A stretch of DNA of 64,000 nucleotides, taken from contig CAXHJY010001326.1 of the NCBI GenBank assembly GCA_964016885.1, positions 1 through 64,000 of the forward strand, in the 5' to 3' direction. Below the pieces are notes generated by a model that was not told where the DNA came from, searched no databases, and worked only from the letters and a program-made list of their open reading frames with translations. This DNA comes from Eledone cirrhosa (taxonomy: Eukaryota). Shown in pieces: positions 1-12,969 of the stretch. Within the stretch, counting starts at the first letter, position 1. Each line of letters opens with the position of its first letter. The position numbers and the translations under genes are program-made.

Positions 1-319
1 GGACAAATCATAAGATAACTTACTTATAGACATAGTGCATGAAGACACATTGGCTAATGTAATCTTAGGTACACTATGTTTGAAAAGAAGTTAAGATGGT
101 CACCACTGAAACATCTTTGATTATAAGTCTGCTGGATTGGGGTTGATTTAGGACTAAAAAACCTCAACAATAACTTGGAAGGAAATGCAGAATAACATAT
201 TTTTAGACACCCTATATCTGAAACATAGTTGAGATGGTCGTGGCTGAAACATCTTTGGTTGCTGAATTGTGGTTGATCTGGGTGAAAACAACAATAACAA
301 AGAAGGGCACACCAGATAA

Positions 320-635
320 TGTACCTGTAAATTGAAGGTGGAAAACTGGGAGAGGGCACTTGCCCTGGTGGTCAGGGTCACTGTGGCTTTTTTAATGGGT
401 TTTCTCCACAATGGCCCTCAGAAGTCTCCCCCCTATTGAAGAATTTTTCATTGTTCCTTTTTTGTTACATCCTCTGTTTTTGTTTTTTTTACACGCAGAA
501 ATGCCCATTTGTACCGTCCTGTATTGTCCTGTACTGTCCTTAATGTCTTACTTTGTGTAAACCCTTGTGGTTAATAAAGAAAGCATTATTTTTGTTGTGA
601 ATATTGCTATTATTATTATTATTATTATTATTATT
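320..635 (+). mobile_element. 3' UTR fragment of Tx1/L1-clade LINE with (ATT)n tail
   Basis: Near-identical to 50830-51105 and similar to 2595-2863; ends aataaagaaagcattatt. Confidence 0.85.
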
Positions 636-879
636 TGTGGAAGTACACACTTGCAGGAAATTTTGTTCCCGTATGTTTGAGATTTTTGAACAGTTTTTAT
701 TGTGAACTTAATGTAAAAATCATATTGTTTTGTGTTTAAACACACCCCATTTCTTTTGAAGTGGTCAAAATTAATCGGTATTTAACACTTCGGGGCTAAA
801 TCCCAATTTAAACTTTGCATTTAGCAAATAGTTTGCATTTAGCATTTACATCCCACCAAAAAGAAAAAAATGGCGTCAT

Positions 880-2863
880 TCAAAAAGTCCACAATACGGT
901 CTTTGCCTGATCAAAACAGGTGCATATTGCTTGAACCTGAGCAGATGTGTGCAGCTTTTCAACAGCACTTTGCTCGATTGTTCGGGGGTGACAGTGGGCA
1001 GGTTTGGAGTATGGAGTTCAGTGCATGCCTCGACGGACTGCCGCAGCTCTCGGCGACCGCAGCACAGTGCTGCAAAAGGCCGATAACAGCAGGTGAAATA
1101 CGGGAAGCGATGTCTAACTGCACGAGGGGCAAATCGCCAGGTTTGGATGCTCTACCCTACATGCTTTATGTGTACATGCCAGATTTGTTCGGTGACCTCT
1201 TGGCAGATTTCTACTGCAACTGGCAGCAGAACGGGAGCATTCCTAGTTTTGTGAGCCGGGGAGAGGTGGCACTGCTGAGAAAAAACCCGAACAAAGGGGA
1301 CATTATAGACAACTTCAGGCCCATAACTCTGCTAAACACAGAGATCAAGATTTTGGCCAAGTTGTTAGCAAAGAGATTGGCACTTATCATCGGTGATCTG
1401 GTGGGAGAGGCACAGACATGCGCCATTCCGGACAGATCTATCAACGACAACCTCCATCTCATGCGATACATCATAGAGAGGGTGGTTAAGGAACCTGGCA
1501 CGGGTGGGGTCCTGATCAACTTGGATCAATCTAAAGCATTTGATAGGGTCGACTATCAGTACCTGTCTGCGGTCCTCGAGCCGGCCAGCTTTGGGCCCGT
1601 TTTTAGAGGCTGGATCGCTGCAATGCACAGCGACATCTGCTCGATTGTGAGGGTGAATGGTCACCTGTCACAGTCATTCAGCATTATGCGCTCAGTCTGC
1701 CAAGGTTGTCCCCTCTCATCCCTCTTGTATGTACTGGTTCTTAAGCCGTTACTGCACAAATTGGAGACCATGAGGGGGTCCCTCAAGAACTGGGATGCGG
1801 GAGGCTGCGACATCTCTGGTGCTTCCTTGAGGGTGAACAGGAGTGGTTGCTGTTTGCCAGACACGCTTTTCCCCAGATCGTCTCCTTGACGGAACTGCAG
1901 TCCTGCATCAGAAAAAGACCGAGGGATAGCGCTTGGAAGCTGGAACGTCTCCAAGCACTCACCCCGCTCTACCAGCTGAGCGCTGATATCGGTGGAACAT
2001 CCACCTTGGGGTTCTATAGAGGGCTAGTGGAGTGGAAGTGCGACAACGCTCTCGGGGAGACCCTGGGCGTCGACGACGATCAGCTGTTTGCTCTCTTCAA
2101 GAGAACTTTCAGCCCAGGGCCTATGGACAATTTCAAGAAATCCCTGGCCTGGCAGTGCTACTGGGAGCATTGCTGGTTTGGGATAAGCTCTACAGGCATG
2201 GAGGTGCTGTCAGCCGAGCCTGTCCGAGATGCACACAGGATGACGAAACCATCCTGCACGCACTTGTTCAGTGCCCGGGGATTGCTGACTTGTGGAGCTA
2301 TGTCAAACAGCTGCTGTCACATAGCCCCGCCATCCTCCTTTAAAGAGGAGGAAGGGCAAGCAGTCTTCATCTGCCTGGTGGCCATGATGAAAGAGATTGT
2401 GTAGTGGACAAGGTTGAAAGGGTTGAAGACGGGCACTTTCCTCTCCAGCCAATCCCTGATTAACTTTTTCAAGCTTTACTTGAAGAGAAAAATCAGGGTG
2501 TTAAGGCAAGTGCTGTCTTCTAGTAAATTTGTTGAAAGGTGGGTGAAAGTGGCGAATCTGGTCCGAGTGAATGGGCCCACTCTGAGTATGCGACTGTAGA
2601 CTGAGGAGTGGAAAACTGAGAGAGGGCGCTTGCCCAGGTGGTCAGGGTGGCCGTGGTCTTTTGTGTGGTTTTTGCCATGAGTGACCCTTGGAGGCTTCCC
2701 CCTTATTGGGGAATTTTTTGTTGTTTGAATTTTAATTTATTTTACCTGTTTCTGTCTTTTATAACCTTTTTACACAGTCAAAACCCACTTTCTATCGCCC
2801 TGTGCCATCTGTAATGTTTTTCTTCATGTTAGCCCTTGTGGCCAATAAAGAAACCATTATTGT
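880..2863 (+). mobile_element. 5'-truncated, internally deleted Tx1/L1-clade LINE ORF2 (RT plus C-terminal CCHC zinc motif) and 3' UTR
   Basis: KSPGLDALP, NFRPITLLNTEIKILAK, INDNLHL, LDQSKAFDRV, QGCPLSSLLY; later CPRC..ETILHALVQC. The YADD region is missing near 1800. Frameshifts present. Ends aataaagaaaccattatt. Confidence 0.9.
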
Positions 2864-2933
2864 TCTTTGAGTCTCAGTCATTGATGTTAGTTAACTGGAA
2901 AGTTTGTTGAAATGAATATCAAGCCACTACCTG

Positions 2934-2935
<2 letters not shown>

Positions 2936-2994
<59 letters not shown>

Positions 2995-2995
2995 T
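2936..2995 (+). repeat. (ATT)n microsatellite
   Basis: Direct read. Confidence 0.95.
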
Positions 2996-3774
2996 TACAG
3001 TTATAAATATTATTTCCATTGCAAATCAAATACATACCCCTATTTCCATCCATGCCTACTATAGCAACATGGAAAAAGAAACACCCATAAACTAACAAAA
3101 TATAGTTTGTTTTTCATTAAATTAGCTTGGCTTATTGAAAGAGTTGTTGTTTGTGGTGGTAGTTATCGTTGTGTTGGTGATAGTGGTGGTGTTGTTAGTT
3201 GTGGTAATGGTGGTGGTGTGTAGTGATGCTGCTGTTAGTAGTGCTGTATCATATGGTGATAATGCAGTGGTGCTAGTGAGTGTTTGTGGGGAGGGGGCAA
3301 ACAAAACTGTAATTTATTATAACAAGCAAGAATTTATGTATTAGTTTAGAAACATCAGCGAAGTTGTAAAATTGTAGATTATCATCCATTACCCAATTTA
3401 TTATATTATATTCTGCAAGGTTTTGTTTCTTTGTTTTTGTTTAAGTAAAAAAGTATTGAAATCTGTTTCAGCTGTTAAATCATGGAAAAAATACTTAAAA
3501 AGAAAGATATATAATAAATTAAATAAAATAATAGCAAATGAAAGAAAATAAATATAAATGTAAAAAGAAAAAAAATCTCTTAATTTCTCCTGATATCTGA
3601 TATGTTTAAAGAAATATCCTATATTCATCATCATCATTTCTTGTTAGACTAAATGGCCTTCTTGATGCAAACCCTTACTTGCTTTTTAGTAAGGTACTAC
3701 TGATCTTCACATGTTGAAGCACTGTGGGACATACTCTTTTGGCAGAATTTAAATAAATGTCTCTGCCTGCACAG

Positions 3775-4030
3775 TGGAGATGTGTGGCCCAGTGGTAAGT
3801 GTGTTGGATTTACCATCACAATGTCATGAGTTTGATTCCTGGACTGGGTTGTTTGTTGTGTTCTTGAACAAAATACTTCATTTCACGTTGTTCCAATAAA
3901 CTCAGCTGAAAATGAGTACAAGCAGTAACTGGGAGTTTAACCTTGCAATGGACAAGCATCCAGTCCAGGGGTGGGTGTTATACTCTCAGTTGGAAACTGG
4001 GATATGTACTGGTCTGATGAGCCTCCAGAG
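3775..4030 (+). mobile_element. tRNA-derived CORE-type SINE, diverged
   Basis: A/B-box-like head (tggcccagtgg...gtttgattcc) followed by CORE-like ttcttgaacaaaatacttcatttcac...cagctgaaaatgagt. Confidence 0.7.
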
Positions 4031-4489
4031 TATTCCAGTTGTTTGAACAACAGAACAACCTGTTCATGTAATTTGTATGCAAGAAGTTGAGAATTCCACA
4101 GATATATGTACCTTTAATGCAATTTTCAGAGAGATTCAGTTAGAGGACCCATCAGTTTGTGTTAAAAAACACAACTTCTCCTCTGCACTCGATAGTATGT
4201 ATGACCACTTATAAGCAGGATACAGAACTCTTGGCCTGTCTGGGAGGTCAGTAACTCCACTTCAGTACTGACTTCATCGAAGTAGAACTGTCCAACCTTT
4301 GCTAGCAGGAAAATCAGATGTTAAATGTTGATGATTCAGCATGGTAGAGTGAGTGACAAGTCTGGCAATTTGAATTACAGCTGAGTGAGCTGGAGCAATG
4401 TGAAATAAAATATTTTGCTCAAAGTCATAATGTGCCATTGAGGATTGTACTCAAGACCTTGCAATCATAAGTTAACAATTCTCACCAGT

Positions 4490-4710
4490 ATCTTACAAAA
4501 TGGGGATATTTAAAGGATAGGGACTGTGTGACTGCAGCTTCGAACCACAGACTACACAGCACCTCCTGATATACCATCTGCTGGAAAACCCCTGCAGGAC
4601 ATTGAACTTGGCAGAGGTTAATGAGAAAGGACAGCAACGTGTTCAGCTGTGGTGGAAACACATCTAGCCAAGTTCTGTAACTGACACTCTTGTGGACACA
4701 ATAAGAAGAC
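4490..4710 (+). mobile_element. 3' end remnant of Vingi/Ingi-like LINE
   Basis: Degenerate KWGY..CDC..EPQTTQHLL...LAEVN..W motif, ending gacacaataagaag. Confidence 0.55.
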
Positions 4711-4890
4711 TAGTAATCTACACACCTTCACTCAGGGTTTAGTGATTGCAGAGTAAGAGCCAGTTGAATTGAGTAAGACATTACAATCTAAATAAGAAGG
4801 GTATAAATGTTTAAAGATTCCTCAGCTAGACTTATATCAATGATGCATGAGGTAATGTATATGTCAAGAAGGAGGATCGTATAGAGACCA

Positions 4891-5143
4891 TTAACACTTT
4901 TGTTACCATATTTCTAATGAAAGATACTGCCTATGATGTACAAATTATTTCAAAAATATTGAAGAATGTGGAAGATTTAGTAATATAACTTTCTCATTAT
5001 TGAGTTGATATTTGGAGCATTACAAAGTTACTACTTAAATTTATAAAGGAAAGTGTTTAGATAAATATAAACACCTTAAAAGAAACAGGTTTGTATCATG
5101 GAACCAGAGACAGTTTCGGGTGGTCTTGTATCAAAAATGTCAA
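4891..5143. mobile_element. TTAA-bounded MITE (piggyBac-like termini), copy 1
   Basis: Starts ttaacacttttgttacca and ends tgtatcaaaaatgtcaa; body similar to 6817-7084 and 8341-8786. Confidence 0.55.
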
Positions 5144-5601
5144 TGCAGAATATTACTGTAAATTTCCACAAGGAAACTGGACGATACATCCTACTGCAAG
5201 TTTACACAAGTTTACAAAAAACAAAAACAAAAAGAAAACACACACACACACAATGGGATTCTGTACAGTTTTTGTCTATGAAATTCACTCAAAAGACATT
5301 GATCAGCTGAAAGATTTAAAAGAAGACACTTGTCCGATGTTCTGTGTAGTGGGATCGAATCTGGGAGTATGTGGTTGTGAAGTGAACATTCCAATCATCT
5401 GCAATTACATATATTTATGTCCCTTCTCTGTGGATGATAGTCGGTTTCATTTATTATTTTACAGTCATTGCAATTCATCTTACTTTGTGTTTGATTAACA
5501 CTGACACACATTCATATATTCACATACACTTATAAATAGAACACAAGTATGTATGTATACATTATATATATACATATATATATATGTATATTATACAAAC
5601 T

Positions 5602-5633
<32 letters not shown>

Positions 5634-6190
5634 CAGAAAAATAGAGATGAAAAGATCATAGAATTTGCTTTTACCTTTGTTACTGATGAGACAGTAACAA
5701 TAACAACAAGAACTGAACATTTAAACATGCATCATACAACATCTACTTATTATCAAAGTGATCTTTTGCAGTACGGAAAAAAAAAAACGTTAAATAATAA
5801 AATTTTTTATCAGTTTTAATTTAAACAATAAATAAATATAAAATAATTCAAAGAACAGAGCAGCAAATCATTATTGGTCTCATAATGGTCTTTTTCCTGG
5901 TTTTTGGCATCTATATTCTTCAATTTTTTATTTTTGTTTGGTTCTTAAATATTTTAATGATTGTAATGTGTTTATTATTTTTTGAACATTTCTTTTTGCA
6001 ATTTCAAACATTATATAACTTGATAAAAGCGATACACACACACACACAATGTTTAGAAATAAGACCAAGTTAAGGAAACTCTTTATAAAATAGTAAAATA
6101 TATTTTTTTTATTTGAAGAACATATGCAAACACACAGACTGTCATTGTATGTACATTGTGTGAGTATGGCTGTTGCTTGCTTGCTCCCCC

Positions 6191-6225
<35 letters not shown>

Positions 6226-6306
6226 CACACACACATGTGTGTTTGTATATACACATACCCTCATCAGCTTATGTATGCTCTGCCATGCATAAGATGACAC
6301 ACATAT

Positions 6307-6493
6307 AATTGTTTCTACTTTAGGCACAAGGCCAGCAATCACCCAGTGCATTACTGGTACTTTATTTTATCGACCCCGTAAGGATGAAAGGCAAAGTCAA
6401 CCTCGGCGGGATTTGAACTCAGATCATAAAGGGACGTAACTATGCTGGAAAGCATGGCGTCCGACCCTCTACCGATACTCCCAATCCACCGCC
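6307..6493 (-). mobile_element. tRNA-derived SINE (Meta/MESC-like core, ATT tail) with 18-bp TSD
   Basis: Core gcctttcatccttacggggtcgataaaataaagtacc; TSD agatgacacacatataat at 6292-6309 and 6512-6529. Confidence 0.9.
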
Positions 6494-6816
6494 TGGATTG
6501 GGAGTATTGGTAGATGACACACATATAATGCACATATATAATGATGATATAATCCCCTCAAAAAAGAAAAGAAGCACATATCAATCACTTTTTAGCATTT
6601 TTAACACAATGCAATAAATATGTGATTGTTATCTTTGATCAAAATAATTTAACAATAGTTTCAATATTGAAAGAAATGTCTATAGACGATAATAAAGCAA
6701 TAAAGTTCTCTATTTTATTATTTAGTTGTGACAGTTAATACATCTTACAACGTCTTATTTATATTACCAGAGAAGACATAAAATGTATGTTTTACTTTAC
6801 ACAGCTTAACTATAGT

Positions 6817-7084
6817 TTAACCCGTTTTTACCATATTTCTATTAAAGCTACTGCCTATGGCATTTAATTAATTTTGAAAGCAATAATGAATTTGGTTTGA
6901 CTTAGTGATACCTGGAGGAATGTAATCATTTTCACATTAGTATGTTGGCATTTGGAATAAAAATTAAAGATTCTCACATGAAATGATGGAAGGGTTTTAG
7001 ATAAATATAAACACTTTAAAACAAACAGTTTTATATTGTAAAACCAGATGCAATTTTTAGGTGGGTTGGTATCAAAAGGGCTAA
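6817..7084. mobile_element. TTAA-bounded MITE, copy 2
   Basis: ttaacccgtttttacca ... tggtatcaaaagggctaa inverted termini. Confidence 0.6.
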
Positions 7085-7204
7085 AGGAAGATCCATTGGT
7101 TTGGACATGTGGCTCAATATTTCTGTATCAAGGATGATAGGTTATATCCTACCATCCCAGTATTTCATTCTGCCACACATTTATATTTACTATTGTTATA
7201 TATA

Positions 7205-7370
7205 TAATAAGGCAACAAATTGGTAGAGTCATTAGAACATCGGATAGAATGCTTTGCAGTATTGGTTTTGGTTCTTTGCTCTTTGAGTTCAAATCCTGCT
7301 AAAGTCTACTTTGCCTTTCATTCATTCGAGGTCAATAAAAAAAGCACAATTCTAGTACTGGGGTCGATTT
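7205..7370 (+). mobile_element. Diverged Meta-like SINE
   Basis: gagttcaaatcc B-box and ctttgcctttcattc core. Confidence 0.7.
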
Positions 7371-8340
7371 TTCCACTATATCTCTTACTCACTTTCTTTC
7401 TCTCTCACTTTCTATCATTCTCTGAAATAAATCTACTGTGCGCAGACCTGGGGAGGAGATAGACTCTGCAGGCTTAAAATGACCAAGAAATGCCATATGC
7501 TACTATGGCCATGCTACGACTCCATCGGGAGTTATGTGACCATACCATACCAAACTAATTTCAGTTAAGATAGTGACAGCTGCACTACATTTTTGTATAT
7601 AATATATTCCATTTATATTTGAAGTAGATAAATATATATTTTGTTTACATTGGAAAGTAGTAGTCGTTTCACCTGAAAATATAAAATGTCATTTCAATTT
7701 GAATTTATTTAAGATAAAAATGTAATTTTAAATGCAAACAAAATATACAAATGCAAGGAAAGATCTTTATACATTAATAAAGTACGGCAGCTGTAAATGT
7801 TGTAACTGTAATCAGTTTTTGATATAAAAATAAAATTAACTTAAAACACTTTTTAACTAAAAACTAAATTGCAAATTCTGAATCCTTGCTTTCAAAGCTC
7901 AGCAATCTGAACACTGTTTTCATAATAGAAGAAAAAAGGAAAGAAATCAATCATCAGAACAAACCAAGAAAACTGTTTCCATTGATCATTGAACCAAGAA
8001 AACTTTTTTTCGTGATTTTCCTGGGAGGCTTCTATTATGAGCCAGAATCAGAAGAAGACCTTGAACTTGGCACTTTAAGCTGATGACAGGACTTCTGAAT
8101 GAAACTGTGCACTCACTGCTAACAGCATTGGACCAGGATTACTAACCCCACATAATCCACTTAAAAAGATAAGTGAAATGTAGCAAGCAGGTTATTTGAC
8201 AATTAAAGAATATTTATGAGTTATGGGCATGGCACTGGGCACAGTGTAATGTACAGGATATGAACAATAAGTACTTTGAACAATATGTTAACTCTGGTTC
8301 AGCTAACCAGGTCAGCCATATATTCTAACAAACCATATAA

Positions 8341-8786
8341 TTAATCTTTTCATTACCATATCTCTAACAAAAAGACAGTTTCAGAGTTTCAAATACTTTT
8401 GAAAATATTCAAGAATTTAGAAATATTTTGAAATACAACTTTCACATTATTAAGTTGGTGTATGGAGGATAATGTGAAAGCCGTATTTCATGTTGCTTCA
8501 GTATGTTCAGCTGAAAATGAGCAATAGATGGGGCTTTAACCCTGTGATGGACTGGTATCCTGTCCAGGATGGGAGTTTTGTGCTCTCACTTGCTTCACAT
8601 CATGGAAACAAGGATCAGTATTAGCCTGATGAGCCTGCAGGCTCGTGACAGACTTTTGTATGGAGTATAGTTTTTACGTAAATTTATAATGGAAGGTTTT
8701 TAAATAAATATAAACAGTTTTAAACCAAAAATTCTGTATCATAGGACCAGGAGCAGTTACAGGTGATTTGGTATTGAGAGGGTTAA
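8341..8786. mobile_element. TTAA-bounded MITE, copy 3, interrupted by a CORE-SINE fragment (about 8475-8658)
   Basis: Ends tggtattgagagggttaa; MITE body resumes at gtatggag after the insert. Confidence 0.55.
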
Positions 8787-11110
8787 ATTAAAAGGAAAAA
8801 AATAATGCACAAACCTTGTAATACGATACTATAAGATTACTGTTTCAAAACAATGCTGGTATCAACCACCACTATCAACTCCCCAATGACCCTCAAACCT
8901 ACTAAGCCCACCCACACACACCCATGCCCCACATTAAATGAAAGTGGGATGTCCATTTAAAGATTATTTCGATAGAACAGTATGTGGTAAATGCTAAGGC
9001 TGAAATAATAGGTTTAGTATGATTTATCTTCTACAAACATAACATAACACAAATAATATTTTATTGAAGGAAATGAAAGTGTCTCACTAGGAGGCTAATA
9101 GCTGTGTATAACTTCTTCAAAACAAGCATCAAGTAATGAATGCAGGCACAAAAAATAATGAATATTTAAAAAAATATATAAAAAGTACATGTAAAAAAAA
9201 ATAGAAAATAAGAAACTAAAAAAAAAGGCCCTAAACATCCCCCTCCATTAAAAAACATGAAAATAAAAATATATAATTAAAAATAGACAAAAAATATAGA
9301 AAAATTTCAAAACAAAACTGTAAAGTAACCCCAAAGCTACAAAAACTCTCCAAAATATATATATATAAATATATTAATGAAAAAGTAAAACAAAGCCAGA
9401 AAAACACCCAATATATATATAATTAAATATGAATATTATATATATATATATAATATATATATATATACATATATGTGTGTGTGTGTGTATAAATAAAGCA
9501 AGAAATAACTAAAATAACAAAAGAAAACCAACAGTAATAAGAAATAAAATGGTAAAGTGGTAAAGGTGTAATAACAGCTAAAATAGTTAATATTGATCCC
9601 AAGATTTATAGGTCTGTTTTGTTTGTTGTATTTTTGTTTAGTTTTTGTTTAGGTGATAGCAGTAGGGATATGGGAGTGTTCCATTCCCTAGCTGACAGTT
9701 AAAATCAGGTAGGCATGTCTTCTGAAATGGGTTGTGAGTATAGCATGAGGGGAAGAAATGGAGTGGTGTTGATGTTGGTGTCAGTGGTGGTGTGCTGTTG
9801 ATCTAATTATCTCCTAAGTTGTATTTCATCAATTTCAGTTTGAAAGTTACCAATATTCTCAACAGTTGATTTATGTATGTATGTATGCAAGCATGCAAGT
9901 ATGTATGTATGTATGCAAGTATGTATGTATACATGCAAGCATGTATGTATGAGTGTATATATATATATGTTTCTTCTTGTTTGTCCACTTATTCTTGAGA
10001 TGGTCGAGGGGGCAAAGTCCTCAGATATGCCTTCCATATAAATAGGTATGCATGTGTGTGTGTGTGTGTATGTGTGTGTGTGTGTGTGTATATACTTATA
10101 CTAGTAATCGGTTTCTGTTACTCGATTATATATATATATATATAAATACATATACGTGTATATTTGTATTTATAAACATATATGTACATACACATACCAT
10201 GTATTTATGCATGTAAGTATATATTTCTGCACATTGTCAGTGTGTGTGTGTATTCTAAATGAACTTTTATCTTTACTGCAGGACACCAATAGTGAAGCCA
10301 TTGTTACTACTAAAGAATCAAAACATGTTGTTCACAGCAAGATGCCAATCTAGAAGTCAGTGGTAGCCCTCCTGGGGATCAAACCATTAATGGAACCAGC
10401 AAACAGCATAATAGCAACTTATATGTCCACATTCATACAAAAGATAACCTTTGTCTTCCTAATTACAAATTCAATTATTATTATTATTATTATTTTTATT
10501 GTTATTATTATAAGTAGTAGCAGTGTTGTTGTGGGTTGTGGTGGCAGTGACAGTATCAACATTATTATTATTATTATCATCATCATCATCATCATTATTA
10601 GTAGTATCATTGTATGATTATATGATTATTGTGATGCAGATATCTGCTGCATGGTGTCCTTTTGTGTATAATATACACATACACATTAGTAGCTTTAGCA
10701 TTGGCAGTGAATGGGAGTATTCCTGCTTTACAAAAGAGCTGAGAAGCCAAACAGTGCAATCAGTGAACAACATTAGTGGCTGATCAGGGTGGAAGGTAAT
10801 GTTGCTATTATAATTAGGGGGTGAGGCTTTAAGTAGTAGATATATGGCATTGGTCAATGATAAATAAAAGATAGAGCACCATTGTCAACCAATAAATGGA
10901 ATCCTTTTGGTGATCATTAGAAGGACTTTTATGATAAGAACATCACAGATTTCTCAGACAAATAATTAACTTCCATAGATAAGTACTGTCACCAGAAGCA
11001 TTGAAGTGTGAAATTTCTCAAACTTCTGTTCAATGTAGGACAATGAACTGCACAAGTCAATGTTTTGTATAAAAGAAAGAATGAAGTACTGCGTGTTTTC
11101 ATCTTCTTTA

Positions 11111-11135
11111 TCACCGCTGTGCTGCTCTCTCTCTG
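11111..11135 (-). CDS. Candidate terminal coding exon of an unidentified host gene ((S)RERAAQR*)
   Basis: Pyrimidine-rich tract with tandem tag/cag acceptor; in phase with candidate exon 23287-23327; followed by long AT-rich UTR-like DNA. Protein not recognised. Confidence 0.25.
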
Positions 11136-12139
11136 CTACCAACCAAATAAGAATAGAAATATAGATACACACATATAAGTATGTTAATATATATATACAC
11201 ACACACAAACACCATTGTTAGCTGAGAAAATGGACATCATATATCTATGTGTGTGTGTGTGTGTCGTAACCAAAATTACATAAATGTGTGTATATAGAGT
11301 ATATAGACATATTTTTTAGTATATAGACATGTAAACATGAAACAAAAACATATTCCCAAATGGTTGTTTGGATGATGTACACACCATGTGATGAAGGATA
11401 CAACTAGGTCTTAAAATCGATTAAAAGTTTTTAATATTTTTTTAGTTTACAAGAAAATTCATATATTTAGAAAGCTTACTGTCTTCAATAAATATATTCT
11501 GTATATATGCACAGAAGAGGGAGACCAAGAAAGACTAGGGCAGAGCTTGAGAGAGCTGGCCTCAAACTGCTGAGACACACAGAGGAGATGACGAAGAAAT
11601 GTGGCAAGTAGAGCGATGTTGTGCTGAAGGGACACTTCCAGCCTATGTAAGCATGCAAAAATGGATGTAAAATGATGATGATGATGATACAACTTTATCA
11701 TACACTTCCACTGCTTAGCACACAACCTAATATCTATATGCACACATACAGACATACATACAAGCACACATACATAAATGCATGTATGCATACATACAGA
11801 AACACACACACATACATATATGGTAGCTGTCTATTTCATTGAAGGATGACTACTGCATATGTCCAACACAGACTACATGCAAGTTGGCAACTACATGCTT
11901 ATAACACACCAGATTCTGCTGTGGTTGCTTCTTTCCATTACCACAGAACTTTAAAAAAAGAGAGAGGAAGTCAGGAATCATAAGCCCAATAAAATTTACA
12001 CAGCACCTCACTTATAGACCCTCTTCTATGTGTTGGCATAACTGAGAGTCAAGTCAAATTGAAATGGTTTTCTACTTGTATCAATGGCATCACAACCTCT
12101 CTGGTGTTCAGAATTTACATGATAAATGTACCCAGTATG

Positions 12140-12370
12140 CTCTGTAAAGTGGTTGGTGATAGGAAAGACATCCAGCCAGAGAAAATTTGACTAACAAAAG
12201 GACAAGAAAACTCTTTAGCTGTATCAAAGGTATAACAATATCACTAATGTTGATGATTTGAATGATAAAGCTGTTGGTGATAGGAAGGTTATCAAACCAA
12301 GAAAAATCAACAGAACAAAGGGACAGGAAGACTCTGCAGCTGCGTCAAAGACATGACAACCATCCTAGTA
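12140..12370 (+). repeat. Tandem pair of diverged RTE-5'-motif non-autonomous units
   Basis: gttggtgataggaa...acaaa.ggaca.gaa.actct occurs twice. Confidence 0.6.
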
Positions 12371-12575
12371 GAGTGTGGAATCATATGTGAGATGGACCAC
12401 TAGCCCATCTGAGTACTCAGCAGAGTGCAGGAACATGCATAAATACACACACACATACATGTGTGTACACTCACACACATACATTTATTATATATAGTTA
12501 CTGTATATATATATATATATATATATACAGTAATTATATACAATAAATGCATGTGTGTGAGTGTATACAGATGCA

Positions 12576-12611
<36 letters not shown>

Positions 12612-12769
12612 CAGACCTCAAAGACAAGAACATGGAATACCAGATCAAATGATCAGTTAAGAGATGTGTGGCCCAACTCCCCAATGACAGAAACCACTGC
12701 AGGTTATGCCTGGCTGAGGCGGCTGAGATCATTATGTTGAAATCGGCCATAAACTCAAGATCAGACATA

Positions 12770-12950
12770 ATAATTGTTTCTACTTTTGGCACAAGGCCAT
12801 TAATTACCCAGTATATTACCGGTACTTTATTTTATCGACCCCGTAAGGATGAAAGGCAAAGTTAACCTCGGCGGGATTTGAACTCAGATCATAAAGGGCC
12901 GTAACTATGCTGGAAAGCATGGCGTCCGACCCTCTACCAATACTGCCACT
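12770..12950 (-). mobile_element. Meta-like SINE
   Basis: Matches family consensus. Confidence 0.9.
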
Positions 12951-12969
12951 CTGCAGACACACCAGGAAG

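Noticed and set aside
81-298. Diverged tandem duplication of about 138 bp
   Set aside because: Resembles fragments of an old dispersed repeat (cf. 56440-56470, reverse strand); no function evident.
1211-1954. Antisense ORFs over LINE and mariner coding regions
   Set aside because: Shadow ORFs of the GC-richer transposon sequence.
8075-8112. CTGATGA...GAAA motif
   Set aside because: Stem II does not close onto GAAA, and there is no stem I/III or NUH site.
8620-8655. CTGATGAGCC..GGCTC hairpin (also 4013)
   Set aside because: SINE 3' stem-loop with no GAAA core.
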